38,938 nt of DNA from a virus. The translations under genes were made by a program, and so were the position numbers. The DNA is taken from the IMG/VR virus record IMGVR_UViG_3300022542_000148; one strand, written 5' to 3'. The notes beneath the pieces were generated by a model. The model ran no database searches. It had not been told where the DNA came from and worked only from the letters and a program-made list of their open reading frames with translations. This document shows, in pieces, positions 32,274-38,938 of this stretch (its first letter is position 1; the number at the start of each line of letters is the position of its first letter).

Positions 32274-33616
32274 TGGCAACAATAGCAGAACTATTAGTTA
32301 AGATTACTGCGAAAGACGCAGGCCTTCGTAGAGGGTTAAGGAAGGCGAAGAATCAAGTGGCGAAGTTTGCCAAAGCTATAAAGAAGAAGTTATTAATATT
32401 AGTAGGAGCGGCGGTAGCATTCGCAGCTGCCTTAGCAACAGTTAAGATTGCGAATATGATTAAACGTACAGCTAAAGAAATAGATGTTCTAGCTAAGACA
32501 TCTAAGAAGCTTGGCATAACAGTAGAGAAATTACAAGAGCTACAATTCGCAGCTAGATTATCTGGCGTCTCTGTAGAGACATTTAATATGGCTATACAAC
32601 GGATGGTGCGTAGGGTAGCAGAAGCTGGACTAGGTACCGGAGAAGCTGTTAACGCCCTGAAGGAGTTAGGGCTAAATGCTAAAGAGCTTTCGAGACTATC
32701 CCCTGACCAACAATTCTTAAAGATATCCAGAGCTATGAGGGCCATAGGAAACCAGGGAGACAAGGTACGACTTGCTATGAAGTTGTTTGATTCTGAAGGT
32801 GTGGCATTAGTGAATACATTAGGTCTGAACTTAGAGAAAGTAAGTGCAGAATTCAGATCATTAGGTATTGCTATCAGCTCGCAGCAAGCTAAAGCAGTAG
32901 AAGCATTTAATGATTCCTCTTTAAAGCTGAGCGTTATATGGGAAGGACTGTTAAAACAGGTTACCGCCGGCGTGGCTCCTGCGTTGCAGAGCTTAGTTGA
33001 TAAGGTTGTCCAATTTATAAAGGAAGCGGGAGGAGTGGGGCCCGTCGCCCAGAGAATGGCCTCGGCTGTGATCTCAGGTGTATCAGGTATGATTAAAGCT
33101 TTCTCAATATTGATTAACGTACTAAACGTGCTTATAGGAACGTTTAACAGATTTGTGGCAGCAGCACAAGGTGTGAAAGTCGTGGCTCAATCTGTAGCGA
33201 TACTATCTAAAAAATTAAATCCCTTCGCGTCTAAAAAAGATGTCGAGGAAAAAGAAAGAAATCTAGGTGAAACCTTCGCTAGTATTAGTAAGGGTAGTAG
33301 TGTCTTACCTACAATTGATACTGAAGCTATTACAGCAGGTTTACTTAAATTGTCTCAGAGCTTAGATAAACAGGCTACTATCATTTCAGAAGTATCCAAA
33401 CCTTCTGTTAAGAAATCAATGAGTGGTTTCGGTTCTATTACGGATGCTACAGGACGAAGATTAGAGATAGGCAAGCCTCAGAAAGTGGAAGTAACTGTGA
33501 CAGCAGATAAAGAAGGAATAATTAATGCTGTAGTTACTAATCAATCTTTCAAAGATAGCGTAGTTCAACAAGTTAATACTGCAACTAACGACGCAGCAAG
33601 AGCAACCAGGAGATAG
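32270..33616 (+). CDS. Tape measure protein (short, 448 aa)
   Basis: Alpha-helical, Ala/Lys-rich, hydrophobic segments; follows G/G-T; ATGA overlap. Confidence 0.8.
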   Translation: MMATIAELLVKITAKDAGLRRGLRKAKNQVAKFAKAIKKKLLILVGAAVAFAAALATVKIANMIKRTAKEIDVLAKTSKKLGITVEKLQELQFAARLSGVSVETFNMAIQRMVRRVAEAGLGTGEAVNALKELGLNAKELSRLSPDQQFLKISRAMRAIGNQGDKVRLAMKLFDSEGVALVNTLGLNLEKVSAEFRSLGIAISSQQAKAVEAFNDSSLKLSVIWEGLLKQVTAGVAPALQSLVDKVVQFIKEAGGVGPVAQRMASAVISGVSGMIKAFSILINVLNVLIGTFNRFVAAAQGVKVVAQSVAILSKKLNPFASKKDVEEKERNLGETFASISKGSSVLPTIDTEAITAGLLKLSQSLDKQATIISEVSKPSVKKSMSGFGSITDATGRRLEIGKPQKVEVTVTADKEGIINAVVTNQSFKDSVVQQVNTATNDAARATRR

Positions 33617-33620
33617 TACG

Positions 33621-34238
33621 ATGGCATTAGCTGATTTAAGTTTTGCATTTTTCACTGATACGGCATTGACTGCGTCCTTCAACGGGCTCTTTCAATTAAC
33701 GCATGAAACCGATTTGAGTGATAACCCACAGGATTCTACTCTATACTTCGGGAGCCCTACAGCCGCGAGGCAACTAGAAGCTAATTCTAATCCTGGCGTA
33801 GACGACATAGTACTCACTCCTACCAACACGTTGGATGAATGGGTTACAGTGACCGCGTATACTGTGGGACAATTGATCGAACCTACAACTCCTAATACAT
33901 ACGTATATCGGTGTACTACTGCGGGCACGTCTGACTCAGGGGAGCCTACGTTTCCTACAGCTGCTATCGGGGACACGGTTGCTGATGGTACCGTTGTGTG
34001 GACATTGGTAGGCAAGAGACATGAAATTACAGAGATTACGTTAGCCTTAACTGAGGCTGCTTTAGATACCAACAATCCTGGAGACCCTTTGGTTATTGGG
34101 ACTACTTTAACCAGCCTATCTGCTAATAGGGTAGACGTCTGGGTGAGAGTAACTAATGCTGTGACAACAGTACAGAGCAATACGGGATACCCTAACGTGG
34201 GTGTATTTATTAATACCGTAGTGGAGACAGAAGTATGA
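33621..34238 (+). CDS. Tail/fibre-associated protein (205 aa)
   Basis: AGGAG SD; motif YTVGQLIEP...YVYRCTTAGTSDSGEPTFP...DGTVVW, common in phage fibre proteins. Confidence 0.55.
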   Translation: MALADLSFAFFTDTALTASFNGLFQLTHETDLSDNPQDSTLYFGSPTAARQLEANSNPGVDDIVLTPTNTLDEWVTVTAYTVGQLIEPTTPNTYVYRCTTAGTSDSGEPTFPTAAIGDTVADGTVVWTLVGKRHEITEITLALTEAALDTNNPGDPLVIGTTLTSLSANRVDVWVRVTNAVTTVQSNTGYPNVGVFINTVVETEV

Positions 34239-36100
34239 CCAGACAATACACAAATAATTATACCACGACCCTCAATGGGGCTATTGATAATAGTACTACA
34301 ACCATCATTGTAACCTCTGTCGCTGACCTACCTACTGTGGGCGGGGGAGATACGTGTAGACTTACCCTCGATGACGGCACTAACATAGAGATTGTACAAG
34401 TAACTAGCAATAGTACAACTACTCTTACGGTGGTACGTGCACAAGAAGGTACGTCAGGTACTGCCTTCGCAGATGCAGCAACTATAGAATTACGCTCTAC
34501 GGCAGCAAGTTTCATTGACCCTGCTGGGGTTATTGATTTCGGTGGAGCCACAAGCCTAGAGATACCAAACAGCGCGACACCTACCGTAGACGCTGATGGC
34601 GAGGTGGCTATAGATACCACAGTGGCAGACTTCTCTATGGGTATCATGAAATACTACGGCGGCGAAGAGGTGGGCGTAGTGGGCATGCCTATAGCTGAAT
34701 TTACTACTCCTACAGATGGTCACGTAGTGTCATATAATGCCACTAATGATGAATTTGAATTAGTAGCGGCAGCTGGGGGAGGTACTCCTGGCGGCGCCGA
34801 TACGCAAGTACAATATAACAATGCTGGGGCTTTCGGTGGAAGCTCTACCTTTACTTTTGATGGTTCAGGTAATGCAACTATTACTGCATCCTTAACTGTG
34901 GGCGGCAACGCAACAGCGGCAGGTTTCATTGATCTGTTGGAGGACAGTGATAGTGGAACAAATAAAGTAACTCTTAAATGTCCTGCTGCATTGTCGGCTG
35001 ATTACGATCTCGAGTTTCCTACAGTAGGGCCAACAGCTTCAGGCGAGATGATGGTTTTCGACGGCACCAGACTAGACTTTAAGACTGTGGCGGACTTCTC
35101 AGCCACGGCCGCGCCCGCGATCACAGATAAATTTCTGATTGAATCCGGAGCCTTTGGTATGCGGCACTTGGAATTCCAGAATTTCCCAGCTGCTACCGTA
35201 ACTGTTAAAGGGATAGCTTCTTTTGCTGATGCTGATTTCACAGTCACGGCAGGTTCAGTGACTATAGATGATAAGTTTTTATTACATACTGGTGATATTG
35301 GTACTGGTGTGTTCGACTTCGGGGGAGCTACAAGCTTCGAAATACCTAACGGAGCTGCTCCTACTGTCAACGCTGATGGTGAGGTAGCTATAGATACAAC
35401 TATTACAGATTTCTCAACGGGTTTAATTAAGTATTATAGTGGCGAGGAAATGGCTGTCGTTGCAATGCCGATAGCGGAATTGACCTCACCCACCGACACC
35501 CATGTCGTCACTTATAATGCTACCACAGATGAATTTGAATTAGCTGCGGGAGGGGGTGGGGGCGCATTGGATTACGAGCTAATAGCTACGGCGACAGCCA
35601 GCGCTAGTGCCTCCATAGCGTTCACCGGTCTCACGAGTACCTACAATACTTACGTGTTAAAGTTCACCGATGTAGTTCCTGCAACTGATGATGCGGAACT
35701 GTGGTTAAGAACAAGTACAGATAATGGGTCTAGTTATGATAGTACCGCAGGAAACTATAGATATGTAAATCTTAGAAGCTCTGATACAGGGTCCTTAGCC
35801 ACTTCGGGGTCCGCATCAAGCACGCACATACTACTATCTATAGGCGTTGGTACTGTAGATTTAGGAAATGCTGCGGGAGAGTCATGTTCTGGGCAGGTAG
35901 TACTTCAAAACCCATCCTCTACAAAAAATACATTGATAACTAGTGATGTAAGTTATATAGCGGCCTTTGGAGGCAGTTGTAAAGTAACGGCGACGGGGGT
36001 TCGAATGTCAGCTGCGGATGTGGATGCCGTCCAAATCTTGATGGATAGTGGTAATATAACTAGTGGTGAATTTAGATTATACGGAGTGAAAAATGCCTAA
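34235..36100 (+). CDS. Tail fibre protein with an internal 85-aa duplication
   Basis: N-terminus typical of fibre/minor tail proteins (TTLNGAI..TTIIVTS...EIVQVT...TVVRAQEGT); repeats at aa 99-183 and 359-443. Confidence 0.7.
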   Translation: MTRQYTNNYTTTLNGAIDNSTTTIIVTSVADLPTVGGGDTCRLTLDDGTNIEIVQVTSNSTTTLTVVRAQEGTSGTAFADAATIELRSTAASFIDPAGVIDFGGATSLEIPNSATPTVDADGEVAIDTTVADFSMGIMKYYGGEEVGVVGMPIAEFTTPTDGHVVSYNATNDEFELVAAAGGGTPGGADTQVQYNNAGAFGGSSTFTFDGSGNATITASLTVGGNATAAGFIDLLEDSDSGTNKVTLKCPAALSADYDLEFPTVGPTASGEMMVFDGTRLDFKTVADFSATAAPAITDKFLIESGAFGMRHLEFQNFPAATVTVKGIASFADADFTVTAGSVTIDDKFLLHTGDIGTGVFDFGGATSFEIPNGAAPTVNADGEVAIDTTITDFSTGLIKYYSGEEMAVVAMPIAELTSPTDTHVVTYNATTDEFELAAGGGGGALDYELIATATASASASIAFTGLTSTYNTYVLKFTDVVPATDDAELWLRTSTDNGSSYDSTAGNYRYVNLRSSDTGSLATSGSASSTHILLSIGVGTVDLGNAAGESCSGQVVLQNPSSTKNTLITSDVSYIAAFGGSCKVTATGVRMSAADVDAVQILMDSGNITSGEFRLYGVKNA

Positions 36101-36347
36101 TAAAATAGTGAACGGAGTAGAGATACAGCTAACAGAAGAGGAAATTGCGGCCCGAACCCAAGAAGAAGATGTGGCAGCTGTTAGATATGCTCAAAAGTTA
36201 AGTGAGTTCTATAAACATCAACGCGAGGAAGAGTACCCATCCATAGGAGATCAGTTAGATATGCTTTATTGGGATAAGATGAACGGAACTAGCACTTGGC
36301 AAGATATGGTAACCAGCATCAAAGCACAGTACCCAAAACCAGAATAA
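36093..36347 (+). CDS. Hypothetical protein (84 aa), possible fibre accessory
   Basis: Overlaps the fibre gene end; position. Confidence 0.55.
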   Translation: MPNKIVNGVEIQLTEEEIAARTQEEDVAAVRYAQKLSEFYKHQREEEYPSIGDQLDMLYWDKMNGTSTWQDMVTSIKAQYPKPE

Positions 36348-36358
36348 GTAGGTGAGAT

Positions 36359-38362
36359 ATGGCGATCAATAGTGGAGCTTTAAATACCCATGTAGTCAAT
36401 GGCTTCTCAGCTGATGTCATTGGCGTGGGTGTCGGGGAATTAATCTCCTTCGAACAAGTAGTGGCTATCATAGGTGCCGGAGAAGAAATCTCTTTCGAGC
36501 AAGTGATACAGCTACGTCTATCATCCTCTGTGGCCGAAGCAACTATTTCCTTCGAGCAGATAGTAGAAGCACAGTATACAGGTGTGACTATATCTATGGA
36601 GCAGCAAGTACAAGATGCTGTTGCGCAATTACATGTTACTAGGACTGGCTGGGATTTAACTCTAGTTATTGGGGGTTATGAGATACCTAAAGAACAAATC
36701 TACGGTATAATCGATATCGACAGGACAGAGGGTGATGCAGCTCTTATGGTTGTAACATTGATCCCACCTACTGGTGTACAGGATATGAGCCTTTACCAGG
36801 GGCAGAGCGTAACGGCGGATATCCAAACAGCTTCTGGGAACCAGCGTATCTATACAGGAGTAGTCGATATACCTGAGATAGATTTAATAGAGGAAAAAAT
36901 TACATTACGTTGTACAGACAGGCGTACGGAACTGATTAACGGACAGCTGCCTGGTGTAGTTGATACTATAGGTGTATACTCTACACATGTATTCGCGGAA
37001 CCAAGAGATGTCGCAGAAGAAGTAGAACAACGATTAACTACGACCCCGCAGGCTGTTGATTTTGATGCGGCCGGTAACTATACTATTACTGCGTGGGCAC
37101 CTAAAGTAACTCCAGACTTTACGTTAACTGACTCAGATGTATACAGAGATAAGCCTACGATAGAACTTACTAACAGGGGTAGAGTGTTTAACCAAGTAAA
37201 TATCAATCTCCAGTATAGATACGAAAGATTCCATCACGGAACACGTTCCTGGACTTGGGAGTCCCCTATCAAAAATTCGATATGTTTATTATTAACAGAC
37301 GGATTATCATTGACGGCTAAACCTATGGTACAATCAGCAGTCGATGCAGCGGGATGGCCTGTAAAAGGGGCAATAACTTTTGATGAAATACATCCTGCTG
37401 GTTGGTATAGATGTTCTGGGGTCACTGTGGGATGGAGTACTTCCCAACTCAGAGGAATCGGTATCCCTATAGTGGATGCTAACGGAGTACAATTGAAGGA
37501 TACTGACGGCAATTTATTGTTTGAGTCGAGAATATCTGGCTCCACCGATTACACCGAACTGTATTGTATGGGCGCCTCATGGCAAGGCACTCTACAGTGG
37601 AGCCAGAGCGTTACCGAAGCTTATACATTAACTCTAAACGCAACGCAATCTCAGGCACAATTCGGGACCATAACATCCGACCTCTCGTATGCGTTAGATG
37701 AAGAGGCGGATGTGCGTGATTGGGAAGATTATACATCCTTCAGGTCAACGCAGGCTGGTAATAATTATTCTATTGATCAAGATTTAAAGAGAAATGAATT
37801 CAACACAGTCGTCGACGTGGCCTTGAAACAAGGTAAGAATGTGATACTGGGTAGCCACAGAGATACACGGGTTATGGTAGATACTTTTATCTGGCCGGCA
37901 GTCGATTTAAAGCATACTGTGTTGGTGGATACTGATGAAGTACAGGCACAAGGTAAAGTATTTAATCTTAGACATAGACTTAATGTTGGTACTGGAGAGG
38001 CAGTTACGTCCACCACGTTGATATTGTCTAAGTCTGAAGGCTCTGCGAGTGATAGCACTTTGTCTATACCGACACAACCTTCTGATAACATTACTTACCC
38101 GAGCGGTGTGATAACTTTGGACAATCATTTCGGAGAAGACCCGGCCCAAGCTGCCGCTGCGGGATGGACTGGCATGGTTGGGAATAAGTGGTTGACGGAA
38201 AATAATAATACGTTCAGGACTACATACCAAGAACAATTTATTGTTGACACACCAGCTATACCAGATTCGCTGAGGAACTCTAAAGATTTAGCTACAACTT
38301 CTAGCTACACTGTAGAAATTCCAAACGATACCTTAGTAATAACCTTTGATGGGAAATCTTGA
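36359..38362 (+). CDS. Large tail protein (667 aa) with N-terminal ISFEQ repeats
   Basis: Tail-module position; four I-S-[FM]-E-Q repeats in the first ~85 aa. Confidence 0.6.
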   Translation: MAINSGALNTHVVNGFSADVIGVGVGELISFEQVVAIIGAGEEISFEQVIQLRLSSSVAEATISFEQIVEAQYTGVTISMEQQVQDAVAQLHVTRTGWDLTLVIGGYEIPKEQIYGIIDIDRTEGDAALMVVTLIPPTGVQDMSLYQGQSVTADIQTASGNQRIYTGVVDIPEIDLIEEKITLRCTDRRTELINGQLPGVVDTIGVYSTHVFAEPRDVAEEVEQRLTTTPQAVDFDAAGNYTITAWAPKVTPDFTLTDSDVYRDKPTIELTNRGRVFNQVNINLQYRYERFHHGTRSWTWESPIKNSICLLLTDGLSLTAKPMVQSAVDAAGWPVKGAITFDEIHPAGWYRCSGVTVGWSTSQLRGIGIPIVDANGVQLKDTDGNLLFESRISGSTDYTELYCMGASWQGTLQWSQSVTEAYTLTLNATQSQAQFGTITSDLSYALDEEADVRDWEDYTSFRSTQAGNNYSIDQDLKRNEFNTVVDVALKQGKNVILGSHRDTRVMVDTFIWPAVDLKHTVLVDTDEVQAQGKVFNLRHRLNVGTGEAVTSTTLILSKSEGSASDSTLSIPTQPSDNITYPSGVITLDNHFGEDPAQAAAAGWTGMVGNKWLTENNNTFRTTYQEQFIVDTPAIPDSLRNSKDLATTSSYTVEIPNDTLVITFDGKS

Positions 38363-38363
38363 T

Positions 38364-38938
38364 ATGGGAAATAGATACGCAGACGATATTAAACGCATTG
38401 TGGGCATAGACCCTAACCAAAGTATCCTAGACGCTGCCTTACAGAAGGCGGCCATAGCTGCGCGTAGAGGTATAGGATACTTTAATCCTACTACGGGAGG
38501 CTCTGAGTCTATATCAGGTACTCCTAACCAGACTCAACTACCTGCTACAAAAGGGATAGGGGATTCTAAGACGGGAGCTAATACGGCAGGAGAAGAGGGT
38601 CTAGACCCCGCAGACCCACAGAATGGTGTCATCAACACAACCACTGGGCAAGCATCTGCTGAGGATGTGATAGATGGTATAAACGCTGCGGCCAAGTTGT
38701 CGCACCCACAAGTTACCGCAGCAGGATTAACCTACTCAAATAATAATTCTTTAAATTCTCTGACGGCGGTAGATTGTAATACTGGGGATGCTGTGGAGAT
38801 TCGTCTACGCAACGATTTCATACCTCCAGATGCTACGTTGGATTCTAATGGTGAGGAATTGGCGGCGCAGTGGGAGGACGCGGGAACTCCGCCCAACAAA
38901 GTGGGGTGGACTAGTGGGGTGGAATGGTTCACCGGCAA
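38364..38938 (+). CDS. Tail fibre-like virion protein, N-terminal part (continues at 2..682 across the junction)
   Basis: ATG 2 nt after the upstream TGA; open to the window end; in frame with 2..682. Confidence 0.7.
   Translation, partial: MGNRYADDIKRIVGIDPNQSILDAALQKAAIAARRGIGYFNPTTGGSESISGTPNQTQLPATKGIGDSKTGANTAGEEGLDPADPQNGVINTTTGQASAEDVIDGINAAAKLSHPQVTAAGLTYSNNNSLNSLTAVDCNTGDAVEIRLRNDFIPPDATLDSNGEELAAQWEDAGTPPNKVGWTSGVEWFTG
38798..38938. repeat. Terminal overlap copy 2 (identical to 1-141)
   Basis: Base-by-base identity. Confidence 0.95.

Noticed and set aside
33692-34246. 184-aa minus-strand ORF
   Set aside because: It is antisense to 33621..34238, which has an AGGAG SD and fits the operon. 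The other antisense ORFs listed in the track inside the polymerase, primase, TerL, portal, fibre and other genes were rejected for the same reason.
34235-36100. Diversity-generating retroelement (template/variable repeat pair) in the tail fibre
   Set aside because: No reverse transcriptase gene is present. The two repeats differ at many positions of all base types rather than only at adenines. They are also in-frame protein modules.
1-38938. Prophage or lysogeny module (integrase, repressor, att sites)
   Set aside because: No tyrosine or serine recombinase motifs and no CI/Cro-like pair were recognised in any frame. The only HTH proteins are the HNH endonuclease and a small-terminase-like protein. 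The genome is therefore treated as probably virulent, with the caveat that many small ORFs remain unassigned.

Overview
The window is one complete, circularly closed tailed-phage genome. The unit length is 38,797 bp: bases 1-141 are identical to 38798-38938, and a tail-fibre-like gene reads in frame across that junction. Two divergent arms flank a ~1.07-kb non-coding control region (14.9-15.97 kb). That region holds two near-consensus sigma70-type promoters, iteron-like repeats, a perfect 48-bp tandem duplication and an extremely AT-rich core. The left arm (minus strand, 15.05 kb down to 0.68 kb) starts with small early genes. It continues with a T7-like replication module (gp4-like primase-helicase, gp2.5-like SSB, family A DNA polymerase, FEN-type exonuclease). 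It also carries endonuclease VII, a minimal Rnl2-like ligase, a ClpX-like unfoldase, MazG, a DUF5664-like protein and a large metallophosphoesterase. The right arm (plus strand) carries an HNH endonuclease, an amidase endolysin, many tiny genes, two HicB-like genes, tRNA-His and a T7 endonuclease I-like gene. These are followed by TerL, portal, MuF-like protein, scaffold, major capsid and head-tail connectors. The tail genes are a tail tube, a G/G-T chaperone with a -1 slippery site, a tape measure and tail fibres, which indicates siphovirus-type morphology. I recognised no RNA polymerase, integrase or repressor. The most unusual signals are: (1) a 74-nt RNA gene that looks like the tRNA-like domain of tmRNA with no mRNA-like domain; (2) a ClpX homologue that lacks the zinc-binding domain and RKH loop but keeps the IGF and GYVG loops; (3) two tandem HicB antitoxin-like genes with no DNA-binding domain and no HicA partner; (4) near-identical ~17-23-nt junction sequences reused between unrelated adjacent small genes. 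All functional calls come from motif recognition by eye and memory of protein families. No database search or folding program was run.
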